A stretch of 64,000 nucleotides of DNA from Escherichia phage vB_EcoM_ESCO8. Positions 1 through 9,545 of this stretch are shown one piece after another. A model generated the notes under the pieces. That model did not search any database. It was given only the letters and a program-made list of their open reading frames with translations, and was not told the DNA's origin. The stretch is taken from sequence record OM386653.1; one strand, written 5' to 3'. Position 1 is the stretch's first letter. Each line of letters starts with the position of its first letter. The position numbers were made by a program, and so were the translations under genes.

Positions 1-1
1 C

Positions 2-475
2 AGAGCGGTAATATATCCAGACTTTGATGAAAGAGAAATATGGCTTAAGGAACACCACTATGATCCAGAAAATGTCAACTGGTGCAATCTGGATGTTGGT
101 AAGTATCCGCGAGATAAGGGCATCTTGAAATATTATGCTTGCTATACGGTGGATAACATCTATGAATACTACGTGTTTCGTAGTTTGATTATCCATCTAA
201 ATAAATTGGGTGCTCTAACAGGGGATTCTCAATTTACTCTAGGCCACTATAAACCATTTAAGAAAGGTGGAGAGCACTTTCCAAGCAATTGGATTATACA
301 AACATTAAAAGATAATTCTCGTGCTAGTGATGTTATCCCAGACAAAAAAGAAAAGTGGACATGGCATGAGCAAATGGAGTATATTATACAACATATGCCA
401 CAACGTGTATTGTATGAGGAAAAGTTGGTCAACCGTTGTGCCGAGTTAATACAGATTGTTAAAGGGTTTTACTAG
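2..475 (+). CDS. hypothetical protein, 5'-partial (frame open from the window edge; the ORF-track start at 125 is an internal TTG)
   Basis: Frame 2 is open from nt 2 to the stop at 475; no recognisable motifs. Confidence 0.45.
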   Translation, partial: RAVIYPDFDEREIWLKEHHYDPENVNWCNLDVGKYPRDKGILKYYACYTVDNIYEYYVFRSLIIHLNKLGALTGDSQFTLGHYKPFKKGGEHFPSNWIIQTLKDNSRASDVIPDKKEKWTWHEQMEYIIQHMPQRVLYEEKLVNRCAELIQIVKGFY

Positions 476-483
476 GGGGAAAT

Positions 484-960
484 ATGTCTAAACGTTTTGG
501 TCGTAATCAAAAAAGAAAGTTAAGTGCTCAACTAGCAACTTTGCAAAAAGAGGTTAACACTTTACAAAAAAGTGTTTGTGAACTTAAGGAACAAAACCAA
601 CTTGAAAAAGAGTGTATCCAGCTTACACAGGAAGTTATTGGTGAGTATTTTCCTTCACTAGTTCCTAAGAAGGTGGCTCTTAGGGAAAATCTACCTTTTA
701 CTTTATCCTTAATGCAAGCAAATGATAGATTCCAAACTGAAACTGATGATTTGATGTTTGCAATGCATCAATTACATGGTTTAGAATATACAGCACAAGT
801 GGATAAACTTCGTAACATGTTATATGTGCGGGTAGAAACACCTAAAGGTGAGACAGTAGCTTTTAATTATAATTTCCAACAGCTACCTGATCATATTATT
901 GAACAAATTTTAAAACGAGATTTTGTTCCTATGCTTGTTAAACAAATTAAGAGAGGTTGA
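484..960 (+). CDS. hypothetical protein
   Basis: 158-aa ORF with ATG start; coiled-coil-like N-terminus; no motif recognised. Confidence 0.5.
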   Translation: MSKRFGRNQKRKLSAQLATLQKEVNTLQKSVCELKEQNQLEKECIQLTQEVIGEYFPSLVPKKVALRENLPFTLSLMQANDRFQTETDDLMFAMHQLHGLEYTAQVDKLRNMLYVRVETPKGETVAFNYNFQQLPDHIIEQILKRDFVPMLVKQIKRG

Positions 961-961
961 A

Positions 962-2698
962 ATGGCTAAGAAAGAGTTGAGCTTCACTCCAACAGAAGAG
1001 CAAACAGCTATTAAGGAGGCTTTTCCAGACCATCGCTTTTTAACTATCCAAGCTAAATCTGGATCAGGCAAAACGTCAACACTTTATTTGCTGGCTAACA
1101 GTACAGAAGATCGCATTCTTTACTTAGCTTTCAATAAAAGCATGGCAGAAGAAGCACGACGTAAGATGCCACTAAATGTAGAATGCCGTACATTGCATTC
1201 TATTTGCTATCAATTCCTGGATCATCGTTTACGTGCAAAACTGTCACGACCAGAAGGACAGTATGTTAACGTTGCAGGTACAGGTAGCGAGATAGCAAAG
1301 AAATTTAAGATTAATAATCTTATTGATAAACGAGGGAAAACACTTTTAACTCGTGCTATGATCGGTTTAATGATCAAGCAAACCGTAGGTAAGTTTGAAT
1401 TTTCGGATGATCCTTTTATCAGCCGTAAACATTTTCCTAGTGTACATCTTGCAGATATTAAAAGAAAAGGTATTAACGAACACAAACTAATTACAGAAGT
1501 AGTTAAGTATGCAAAACAACTGTGGCGAGAGCGCATCGATCCTAACACAGATACTTTGATGACGCATGACACCTATGTAAAATTGTTTGAATTGTCTGGT
1601 GCTGATCTTGGTTATGATATTATTTTTGGTGATGAATTCCAGGATGTTAACCCTGCATTCTTGTCTATTCTGCGAAATGCTAAATCTGCAAAACAAGTAG
1701 TAGTGGTGGGTGACGAATATCAGAGCATCTACCAGTTCCGTGGAAGCCAAAATATGATGAAGGAAACCTCTACATATGGGGCAGAGCTTCCATTAACTGC
1801 TTGCTTCCGTTTTGGCCCCAAAGTGGCAAACATTGCCAATATGATTTTAAGCGATAAAGAACCTTTGCGTCATCCTTTGGTTGGTAAAGGCTTTGATACT
1901 GTAGTAGGTAGCTACAAATCAGATGTTGTAGACTATACAAAACCTTACACTATCATCTTTCGCAAGAATTTAACCTTGCTTATGGAGGCAATGGATCGTA
2001 TTGCAGATGGGGAAGAAATTATTATTAACGTAGATACCAGAGATTTTATCTCTATGGTAGATAGTGTTAATGCTCTTCGGAGAGGAGATATTGAGAAAGT
2101 AAAACATGAAACTGTATTACCTTACGCAGACTGGAATGAATTTGTTGAGTGTGCAGAGGCTGATCCAGATGCTAAACGCTTGTTAAACATCGTAGTTTCT
2201 GGTAAGGCGAACACTATAGCACATACACTTAGAACGCATAGAAATTCTCCTACAGCAAAAGTCACACTGACTACAGCACACAAGTCTAAAGGTTTGGAGT
2301 GGGATCAGGTTATTGTTGCTAATGATTTTCCTTCCAACTATGATAAAAAGACTGGTGAATGGATAGGACTGGAAGAGGCAGAGCGAAACCTACTGTATGT
2401 AGCGCATACCCGTTGTGTTAAATGCTTACAATGGAACACAACCGTACAGGAGATTATAGATATCAACCGTGTTGCAACAGAGAAAGTACCAACAAGCACC
2501 ACTTTACCGATCAATGGTATTAAACTTGGTGTATTTGGCGCTGGCACATCTCGAAAAGCTGTAGAAAAATTTGTTGCAGATTCTTTTGATGGTAACTATA
2601 ATCATGCACAAGCATATGAGAGTTGGTTAGAGGAAGGTGAAGGTGATTTTTTAGGTGAAATAAATCTTTTACCAGATATAAATAAACTGGTAAACTAA
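962..2698 (+). CDS. UvrD/Rep-family (SF1) DNA helicase
   Basis: Walker A AKSGSGKTST; motif II GDEFQD; motif III VVVVGDEYQSIYQFRGS typical of UvrD-like helicases; start moved to ATG 962 (MAKKELSF) behind GAGAGG, ORF-track start 923 is upstream in frame. Confidence 0.8.
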   Translation: MAKKELSFTPTEEQTAIKEAFPDHRFLTIQAKSGSGKTSTLYLLANSTEDRILYLAFNKSMAEEARRKMPLNVECRTLHSICYQFLDHRLRAKLSRPEGQYVNVAGTGSEIAKKFKINNLIDKRGKTLLTRAMIGLMIKQTVGKFEFSDDPFISRKHFPSVHLADIKRKGINEHKLITEVVKYAKQLWRERIDPNTDTLMTHDTYVKLFELSGADLGYDIIFGDEFQDVNPAFLSILRNAKSAKQVVVVGDEYQSIYQFRGSQNMMKETSTYGAELPLTACFRFGPKVANIANMILSDKEPLRHPLVGKGFDTVVGSYKSDVVDYTKPYTIIFRKNLTLLMEAMDRIADGEEIIINVDTRDFISMVDSVNALRRGDIEKVKHETVLPYADWNEFVECAEADPDAKRLLNIVVSGKANTIAHTLRTHRNSPTAKVTLTTAHKSKGLEWDQVIVANDFPSNYDKKTGEWIGLEEAERNLLYVAHTRCVKCLQWNTTVQEIIDINRVATEKVPTSTTLPINGIKLGVFGAGTSRKAVEKFVADSFDGNYNHAQAYESWLEEGEGDFLGEINLLPDINKLVN

Positions 2699-2708
2699 GG
2701 GGGTTAAA

Positions 2709-2960
2709 GTGGCAGGGTATCATTTGAAGGAGATTAGCAAAGAGGAATATGGTTCTATTGCTAAAATTCAAGAAGAGCTTTATGAACTTCAGGATGCTAT
2801 TGATCAAGATTGCAAGCTGATGCAACTTATTGAGTTATCAGATATTGTAGGCGCTGTTGAAGGTGTTCTTGAACAGCATTTTCCTGATATGACGCTTCAA
2901 GATTTGATCACTATGTCGAACATTACTAAACGTGCATTCCGCAATGGAGGTCGCTCATGA
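2709..2960 (+). CDS. small all-alpha protein, possibly MazG-like NTP pyrophosphohydrolase
   Basis: GTG start behind AAGGGGG; pattern IQEELYELQDAI...ELSDIVGAVEGVLEQ resembles the MazG/HisE EExxE...D motif; tentative. Confidence 0.3.
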   Translation: MAGYHLKEISKEEYGSIAKIQEELYELQDAIDQDCKLMQLIELSDIVGAVEGVLEQHFPDMTLQDLITMSNITKRAFRNGGRS

Positions 2961-3529
2961 ATGTTGAAGTAATAGCCCAAGCTATTGATTACTATGGTCG
3001 GTTTGCACAAATGTTGGAAGTTCCATATCTCGTGGATGCTGATATACTGGTGTACACACTACCAGAAAATAAAGAGGATCGCCCATTAGGGCATCCTAAC
3101 GGTAAATACTATGTAGCCAGTGCAGAACAATCTTTCCTGCAAATGGAGAAGGATGGTTTTGAATTTGCAGCAGGTAATCCTTATATGGCACTAACACCAT
3201 GTTACCGTACAGAAGAAAATTTAGATGATACTCATTTCAATATTTTCTTGAAATTGGAGTTGATTGAGTTCTATCCTGATGCTACAATTGAAGAGTATGC
3301 TAACTCTATGCGCTGTTTCTTCTCTACTTACTATGGAGTTAAAACATATTTAGTACCCACTAATATTGGGGTTGACGTAGAGGATGAATATGGTTTAGAA
3401 TTAGGTTCATTCGGTATGAGGGAGTCTCCAAAAGGTCATCCTTATATCTATGCAACAGGTATTGCGGAGCCTAGGGCTTCACTGGCAATAAACCGTGTTG
3501 TAAATAAGATTCAAAGCATTAGCAAATAA
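2957..3529 (+). CDS. hypothetical protein
   Basis: 190-aa ORF, start overlaps upstream stop; no motif recognised. Confidence 0.5.
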   Translation: MNVEVIAQAIDYYGRFAQMLEVPYLVDADILVYTLPENKEDRPLGHPNGKYYVASAEQSFLQMEKDGFEFAAGNPYMALTPCYRTEENLDDTHFNIFLKLELIEFYPDATIEEYANSMRCFFSTYYGVKTYLVPTNIGVDVEDEYGLELGSFGMRESPKGHPYIYATGIAEPRASLAINRVVNKIQSISK

Positions 3530-3541
3530 GAGGAGAATAGA

Positions 3542-3976
3542 ATGTCTATTGTGACACAAATGAAAGCAGATCGTATCTTAGCACGTACAACCGATAAGGG
3601 TGCTTTTGCTTTGTTAACTAATATTATTGGTGAGTTTGACCTTGCTCGTACTCAAAAGGCAAATCTAAATAAATCAGAAGACGATATTATGATTAACATT
3701 GTTAAGATTGGTATTGCACACGCTAAAGAGGAGCTAGACTCACTTAAGAAAGTTAATGCTTCCCTTAGCAAATGTGAGCGAGCTATGCGTGATATCACCA
3801 CTCTGGAAAAATATTTACCAGAAATGCTATCTGAAGATGACCTTCGAGCGATTGCTGAAGAATTTGCCTTGACAGGCAAGAAAATGCCAGATATGATGAA
3901 ACACCTTAAAGCAGAGTATCCGAATCAATATGATGGAAAACTTGCTTCTACCATTGCAAAAGAAATTTTAAACTAA
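3542..3976 (+). CDS. GatB/YqeY-domain protein
   Basis: 144 aa; C-terminal pattern EKYLPEMLSEDDLRAIAEEF...DGKLASTIAKEILN matches the YqeY-family layout. Confidence 0.5.
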   Translation: MSIVTQMKADRILARTTDKGAFALLTNIIGEFDLARTQKANLNKSEDDIMINIVKIGIAHAKEELDSLKKVNASLSKCERAMRDITTLEKYLPEMLSEDDLRAIAEEFALTGKKMPDMMKHLKAEYPNQYDGKLASTIAKEILN

Positions 3977-3993
3977 TTTAGAAGGAGAACATA

Positions 3994-4944
3994 ATGATTG
4001 CATTTTACGCTAATAAACTGGAAGTTAAAAAAGCAGCAGAAGAGATGGGTATCCTGCATATTCTTAACGAAGCAATTCACAAAAGTTTTGGTTACACGTC
4101 TGAAGCAGAAATCAATGATCTGATTCACAGTGTTAATGACTTGTTCTTCTACCCTAACTTTCTACAGCAATTAGATGGTTGTGGATTTGAATATATGGAG
4201 CTTCATCCTGAATATACATTTATGGAAGTAACACCTGAAGGTTTTCTGGAGATTATTCGTACTGAATATCTTGCTAAAGAGGATAAAGAAAAAGATATGG
4301 CTGAAAAAGTACAACTGACTGTGCATAATACGTGTTTCCTGGATACTGAGGCCACGGAAGAAAATATTAATTACTTGCTTTCCGTTTGTAATCCTCATTG
4401 TCCACAACCACATTGGAAAAATGCAGATCATTATCTAATGTATTCAACTGAAGAAAACATTACTTTCTTCGATGAAAATAGTGGTATTAATGGTGCACAT
4501 AAGAATTCTCCATATAGGAAAGATCGGTTTGTAGTTGATGTAAAAACATTTACTAAACTGTTTGAGGAGTATTATTCAAAAAATGAAAGTAAGACTGAAT
4601 CTTCACCAAAACCACGTTTTCGCCGACCGCGTAAACCTGTGCCTACTCGTTCTGTAAGTTATGTTCGTATCATTTACACTACGCAGCAGGTATATACTCT
4701 TAAGAACGTAAGTACCCTTTCTGTACAAGAAGATGTAATTAATATTGTGCGTAATAATGTTATTACAGAGGGTATTGAGGAAAAGATTATGTCTGTTATC
4801 GATCCTAAACTTGTTATGGCAATCATTATTAATGAACCAAAAGGTGTAACAACATTGTTCCGAAATATTCATGGCACTTGGGAAACTCAAGTTGACGGTT
4901 TGACTTCTGATGGTTGTACACGTATTACCAAAAACCTTGACTAA
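3994..4944 (+). CDS. hypothetical protein
   Basis: 316-aa ORF behind AAGGAG; no motif recognised. Confidence 0.5.
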   Translation: MIAFYANKLEVKKAAEEMGILHILNEAIHKSFGYTSEAEINDLIHSVNDLFFYPNFLQQLDGCGFEYMELHPEYTFMEVTPEGFLEIIRTEYLAKEDKEKDMAEKVQLTVHNTCFLDTEATEENINYLLSVCNPHCPQPHWKNADHYLMYSTEENITFFDENSGINGAHKNSPYRKDRFVVDVKTFTKLFEEYYSKNESKTESSPKPRFRRPRKPVPTRSVSYVRIIYTTQQVYTLKNVSTLSVQEDVINIVRNNVITEGIEEKIMSVIDPKLVMAIIINEPKGVTTLFRNIHGTWETQVDGLTSDGCTRITKNLD

Positions 4945-4992
4945 GATCAAGGACAATCTTACGAAAAAGATTTAAAATAAAGATCCACCCTA

Positions 4993-5020
4993 AAGCCAGC
5001 TTAATGCTGGCTTTTATTTT
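4993..5020 (+). terminator. intrinsic terminator hairpin (aaagccagc / gctggcttt) plus T-tract
   Basis: Perfect inverted repeat with 3-nt loop followed by ttatttt; the ORF-track NrdD start at 5004 lies inside it. Confidence 0.6.
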
Positions 5021-5033
5021 CCACGGAGGATTA

Positions 5034-6833
5034 ATGACCCAAAAACTATATGAGGATGTAATCGGATTCCTCGAACAAACATCCGAAGAATTTACTCGTG
5101 AAAATGCAAACAAACCTGCAATGATTGTTAATACTCACCGAGACTTACTAGCAGGTATCCTAAGCAAGCACATGGCAATGACCCATATTTTACCGGAAGA
5201 TCTGGCAGAATGGCATAAAAGTGGGTATGGTCACATTCACGATTTAGATTATTTACTCTCACCTTTAACTAATTGTTGCCTGGTAAATTACCAAGATATG
5301 CTTGAGAACGGTTTCCGTATTGGTAATGCACATATTGAAAAACCAAAATCTATCGGTGTAGCGACTACTGTCCTAACTCAAATTATTCAAGCAGTAGCTT
5401 CTAGCCAATATGGTGGACAAACTTGTGCACATGTTGATACTGGGCTTAGTCAATACGTTAAAGCAAGTTTTAATAAAATATATGCCGATGTTGGCGATTA
5501 TGATATTGCTATGCGTATGGTAGATAAACAGGTCTATGATGCAATGCAAACTTTAATCTACCAGGTGAACACTCTAATGAGTGTAAATGGTCAGTCACCT
5601 TTTATAACAATTAGTTTAGGTTTGGATACCTCTGCTTTTGGTAGAATGATCACTAAAAACTACCTAATGGTGCACAAACAAGGATTGGGAAAAGATAGGG
5701 TAACTCCTGTGTTTCCTAAAGTTATCTTCTTCTTGGAAGATGGTGTTAACATGAAAGCTGGCGATCCAAATTATGATTTGAAGCAACTGGCAATGGAGTG
5801 TTGTGCTGAACGCATTTATCCTGATTTTATCTCTGTACCTTTAAACAAAGAAGTTACAGGATCTTCAGATGGTCGCGTCACAAGCATGGGTTGCCGTAGC
5901 TTCTTGTCATACTATGCAACAGAGCAAGGTGAAAAATATGATGGTCGTTTCAACTTAGGCGTAGTTTCTTTAAACTTACCTATCATTGCAGCAGAGTCCC
6001 GTGAAAAGGGCATCTTATTTACTGAACTGTTGGAACAACATATGGAGATGGCGTATAAGGCACATATGCTACGTGTTAACCGTATTAGACATACCAAAGC
6101 ATCTCAAAACCCTACATTGTTTATGGAAGGGGCTTTAGCTCGACTAGAAGCTAATGAAGAGATTGGTAAGCTATTTGAAGGTGGTTATGCCTCTATTAGT
6201 ATCGGTTATGTAGGTTTAGCAGAAGCTATGGAGATTTTATACCCAGGTAACACCAATCCAAAAGCAATGGGTAAAAACATCCTTCAATATATGAAGGATA
6301 TCTGTGGCACATTTAAAGAACGTTCTGGTTTAGCTTTTAGTTTGTATGGAACACCAGCAGAATCCTTGTGCTATAAATTTGCCAAAGCATTAAATGATCG
6401 CTATCCTGGTTCTATTGATCGTGACTACTTGACAAACTCTTTCCATCAACCTGTGTGGATGCACACTACCCCGTTCCAAAAGTGGGATTATGAGGAAGGT
6501 TTTGCACAAATCAGTAATGGTGGGAACATAGGCTATGTAGAAACACCAAACCTTAAAAATAACTTGCAAGCACTGGAAACCCTTGTAGATTATGCCTACA
6601 ACAAAATTCCTTATTTTGGCGTGAACCAACCTGTAGATCAGTGTTTCAAATGTGGTTTTCATGGTGAATTTAAGGCAACAGCTAAAGGCTTCGAGTGTCC
6701 AAGTTGTGGCAATCATGAGGAAGAATCTATATCTGTAATCAGAAGAGTGTCAGGATACCTGTCTGCCCCTAACTCTCGCCCTTATAATAAAGGTAAAATG
6801 CAAGAGGTATTAGAAAGGGAGAAACATTTTTGA
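5034..6833 (+). CDS. nrdD: anaerobic ribonucleoside-triphosphate reductase (class III RNR), NrdD
   Basis: C-terminal zinc ribbon CFKCGFHGEF...CPSCGN followed by glycyl-radical motif RRVSGYLSA; length about 600 aa; start set at ATG 5034 behind GGAGGA. Confidence 0.9.
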   Translation: MTQKLYEDVIGFLEQTSEEFTRENANKPAMIVNTHRDLLAGILSKHMAMTHILPEDLAEWHKSGYGHIHDLDYLLSPLTNCCLVNYQDMLENGFRIGNAHIEKPKSIGVATTVLTQIIQAVASSQYGGQTCAHVDTGLSQYVKASFNKIYADVGDYDIAMRMVDKQVYDAMQTLIYQVNTLMSVNGQSPFITISLGLDTSAFGRMITKNYLMVHKQGLGKDRVTPVFPKVIFFLEDGVNMKAGDPNYDLKQLAMECCAERIYPDFISVPLNKEVTGSSDGRVTSMGCRSFLSYYATEQGEKYDGRFNLGVVSLNLPIIAAESREKGILFTELLEQHMEMAYKAHMLRVNRIRHTKASQNPTLFMEGALARLEANEEIGKLFEGGYASISIGYVGLAEAMEILYPGNTNPKAMGKNILQYMKDICGTFKERSGLAFSLYGTPAESLCYKFAKALNDRYPGSIDRDYLTNSFHQPVWMHTTPFQKWDYEEGFAQISNGGNIGYVETPNLKNNLQALETLVDYAYNKIPYFGVNQPVDQCFKCGFHGEFKATAKGFECPSCGNHEEESISVIRRVSGYLSAPNSRPYNKGKMQEVLEREKHF

Positions 6834-7300
6834 ATTACGCCGGATATGAACCTGTTGACATGCTCAACGGTGATGGTGTAAGATGCTCTTTGTGGGTGAG
6901 CGGTTGTAGCCACGGTTGCCGTGGCTGCTTTAACCAGAAAGCCTGGTCGTATAACTACGGACAAGAGTTCACTACTGAAACATTAGATCTTATCTTGAAA
7001 GATTTATCTCGACCTTTCATTAAAGGATTAACAGTTTTAGGTGGTGAACCTCTTGACAAAGAGAACATTGACACTGTAGAGTATGTTCTTGAGAAGGTAA
7101 GAGATTGTTTTGGAAACAAAAAAGATATTGTCTTATATACAGGATATCTTTTTGAAGAAATTCCAGAGAAAATTAAAAAACTGGTTGACATAGTAATAGA
7201 TGGTAAGTATGATATGACTCAACCAACAACGAAACGTTATAGAGGTTCAGATAATCAACGAATGTGGGTTAAGAAAGACAACATTTGGGAATCTGACTAA
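6830..7300 (+). CDS. nrdG: anaerobic RNR activating enzyme (radical SAM), NrdG
   Basis: CSHGCRGC (CxxxCxxC) radical-SAM cluster motif, 156 aa, directly downstream of nrdD; TTG start overlapping the nrdD stop. Confidence 0.85.
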   Translation: MNYAGYEPVDMLNGDGVRCSLWVSGCSHGCRGCFNQKAWSYNYGQEFTTETLDLILKDLSRPFIKGLTVLGGEPLDKENIDTVEYVLEKVRDCFGNKKDIVLYTGYLFEEIPEKIKKLVDIVIDGKYDMTQPTTKRYRGSDNQRMWVKKDNIWESD

Positions 7301-7320
7301 ATTAAATAGAGGAGAAAACT

Positions 7321-8481
7321 ATGTTTACAGTATTCGGCAATCAAATCTTCCTGCGTCAGAAGTCTGGTACAGATATTGAAGAAATTCCAGCAGGAACTTT
7401 TGGTGTAGGTGTTACTCAAAGTGGCGAGTTCTTCCTGTATCCTAAAAACGATATGGAAGTCCCTTCAGTAACATACGGTGATACTGATGATAAATCAGAA
7501 CGTATTATCAAGACGTTCCTTAGCCGCAAAGGTAAAAACACAGGTGTTCTCCTTGAGGGTACGAAGGGTAGCGGTAAAACTTTGCAAGCTAAAATGCTGT
7601 CTTCTGCTCTTCGTGAAATGGGTATTCCTACTATTTCTATCGGTAGTGCTTTTAATGGTGAAGGCTTTATCAATTTTATGTCTAAAATCACACAACCTGT
7701 GATGATTATGATCGATGAATTTGATAAACTGTATGCTGAAAAAGATGCACAGGATGGTTTGCTTACCCTGCTGGATGGTGTTGGTGGCTATGACAAGCTG
7801 TTTGTATTGACTAAAAATGATGGTTATGTATCAGAATTTTTGCGTAATCGCCCTAGCCGTATTTTCTACAGCTTTAACTATAAGAAACTACCTAAAGCTA
7901 CTATGGATGATTATCTGGCTAAAAATCTGGAGAACAAAGCCTTTTTACCAGATTTTGAAACGCTTTATAATCTGTCCGTGGACTTGAACTTTGATATTGT
8001 TCAGTCATTAGTAGAAGAACTTAACCGTTACCCTAATGACAAATTCTCTGATGCACTTGCATTAATGGGTATCAGTATTACTGAACACCGCTATGCTGCA
8101 AAAGAAGTTAAACTTCTGAAAGTTAACGGTGTAGATCGTACAGGAGATGTTTCGGCAGATACCGATATTGACGGTATGACAGCACAGGGTTTGTTTAGCG
8201 GTAATCGTTATGTTGTAGCTGTAGACCATAAGCTAGGAGAAGAGCATCTTCCTGAAATGGAAGGAGTCGTTACCGTAGAAGATAAAGACGAAGAAGGTGA
8301 CTACTACTGGGGTGTAGACCGTATCTTGCTGACGTATGATGAAAAACACATCCGTACAATGGGCGGTGACGGTTATCACTTTATGTTCACCGATGATAAA
8401 GGTAACAACATTGAAGTTGTTATTAAAAACAAAGAACGTAAAAACTACACAGAGTATGTGTTTGGTGGTCGTTCTTACTAA
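7321..8481 (+). CDS. P-loop/AAA-type ATPase
   Basis: Walker A GTKGSGKTLQAK and Walker B-like VMIMIDEFDKL; function not assignable. Confidence 0.6.
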   Translation: MFTVFGNQIFLRQKSGTDIEEIPAGTFGVGVTQSGEFFLYPKNDMEVPSVTYGDTDDKSERIIKTFLSRKGKNTGVLLEGTKGSGKTLQAKMLSSALREMGIPTISIGSAFNGEGFINFMSKITQPVMIMIDEFDKLYAEKDAQDGLLTLLDGVGGYDKLFVLTKNDGYVSEFLRNRPSRIFYSFNYKKLPKATMDDYLAKNLENKAFLPDFETLYNLSVDLNFDIVQSLVEELNRYPNDKFSDALALMGISITEHRYAAKEVKLLKVNGVDRTGDVSADTDIDGMTAQGLFSGNRYVVAVDHKLGEEHLPEMEGVVTVEDKDEEGDYYWGVDRILLTYDEKHIRTMGGDGYHFMFTDDKGNNIEVVIKNKERKNYTEYVFGGRSY

Positions 8482-8489
8482 GTGATAAA

Positions 8490-8514
8490 AGGAGGCGAAA
8501 GCCTCCTTTATTTG
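8490..8514 (+). terminator. intrinsic terminator (aggaggc-GAAA-gcctcct) plus T-tract
   Basis: 7-bp GC stem with GAAA tetraloop followed by ttatttg. Confidence 0.65.
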
Positions 8515-8515
8515 T

Positions 8516-8719
8516 ATGGAGGGTATTATGGATCATTATTTTGTTTTTAAAGATAAAGTTGATACCGCAGGTGGTCACGTTGCTAAAAATGATCGTGACA
8601 TTAAAGAAGTATTAGGAGATCTGATTAACATTTTAGAACAAAAAGAGTTGCTTTTAGATAAGGATATTGCTAGACTTCTTGGTGTGGGGATAAGTGACAT
8701 ACAAAGATTACCATTCTAA
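8516..8719 (+). CDS. hypothetical small protein (true start may be ATG 8528)
   Basis: 67-aa ORF immediately after the terminator; GGAGGG precedes the second ATG. Confidence 0.35.
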   Translation: MEGIMDHYFVFKDKVDTAGGHVAKNDRDIKEVLGDLINILEQKELLLDKDIARLLGVGISDIQRLPF

Positions 8720-8730
8720 AGGGGAAGAAA

Positions 8731-8886
8731 ATGCTTACAGATGATGAATATAAAGCTATCCAAGAAAAACTAACGGAACTTGAAATTCTTGCTGTCAATA
8801 TTAAAGATCAATCACATGCTGGAAAGTTACTACATCAAGAGATCAATAAAATTAAGCAGATGATATTCTTTTGGACGGAGGATTAA
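8731..8886 (+). CDS. hypothetical small protein (51 aa, absent from ORF track)
   Basis: ATG behind AAGGGGAAG; translated by hand MLTDDEYKAIQEKLTELEIL...FFWTED; fills the gap before the HAD gene. Confidence 0.3.
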   Translation: MLTDDEYKAIQEKLTELEILAVNIKDQSHAGKLLHQEINKIKQMIFFWTED

Positions 8887-8888
8887 AA

Positions 8889-9545
8889 ATGACTGTTAAG
8901 CATATTTCTTTTGATGTATGGAATACTCTTATTACTGCTAATCCTTTGTATGCAGAAGAACGCAACAAGGTTATTGCCGAGTATGCCTCTTGTTCTGAGG
9001 TAGAAGCAGCTACCGTATATAAAGAGGTAAAAACTCTCCTGGATTTAAAAGCAGAAAAAGGCATTTGTGGAACATCTAGAAATGCTTGGGAAACACTTTC
9101 TGCTCGTTTGAACATTGATCTTGATAAAGTAGATGGGTTAAAAAGAGACTGTTTAGCAATGTTTATAAAACATCCTCCAACATTAAACCCTGAACTTTGC
9201 AAGAAGTTGGAAGAGCTAAGTTCAACCTATTCTTTGAGTATTAAAAGCAATACTAATTTTGTACCTGGTAGTTTTTTAGCTGTATATTCTGGCTTGACAA
9301 AATTACCATTCGACTTTATGCATTTTTCTGACGAGTTTTGCTTGTGTAAACCAGATCCTAGGTTTTTTAAACTCTCTTTTGATGAAATGGTAACGTTTGA
9401 TCTCGCACCAGAGGAGATCTTACACGTTGGAGATAGTTTGATCTATGATGGAAAAGCTGTTGACATAGGGATGAAGTTCTGTCATATTATTAATCCAGAA
9501 GACTTGTTGGCTAAACTTAAAAAAGAGGAACTTATTAATGCGTAA
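8889..9545 (+). CDS. HAD-superfamily hydrolase (phosphatase-like)
   Basis: Motif I ISFDVWNTLI (DxWxTL variant) and motif IV VGDSLIYDGKAVD; start set at ATG 8889 behind GGAGGA. Confidence 0.6.
   Translation: MTVKHISFDVWNTLITANPLYAEERNKVIAEYASCSEVEAATVYKEVKTLLDLKAEKGICGTSRNAWETLSARLNIDLDKVDGLKRDCLAMFIKHPPTLNPELCKKLEELSSTYSLSIKSNTNFVPGSFLAVYSGLTKLPFDFMHFSDEFCLCKPDPRFFKLSFDEMVTFDLAPEEILHVGDSLIYDGKAVDIGMKFCHIINPEDLLAKLKKEELINA

Noticed and set aside
923-961. Upstream in-frame ATG at 923 as the helicase start
   Set aside because: It overlaps the preceding gene by 38 nt and has no RBS; ATG 962 follows GAGAGG with proper spacing.
1222-1750. Antisense ORFs within the helicase gene (1222-1572, 1487-1750), and the many similar short ORFs opposite long genes throughout the ORF track
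   Set aside because: They lie wholly inside well-supported genes on the other strand, lack RBSs and have low-complexity translations; treated as spurious.
5004-5033. ORF-track start of the NrdD ORF at 5004 (MLAFIFHGGL...)
   Set aside because: This segment lies within the terminator hairpin and T-tract of the upstream gene; the ATG at 5034 has a GGAGGA RBS and is taken as the real start.
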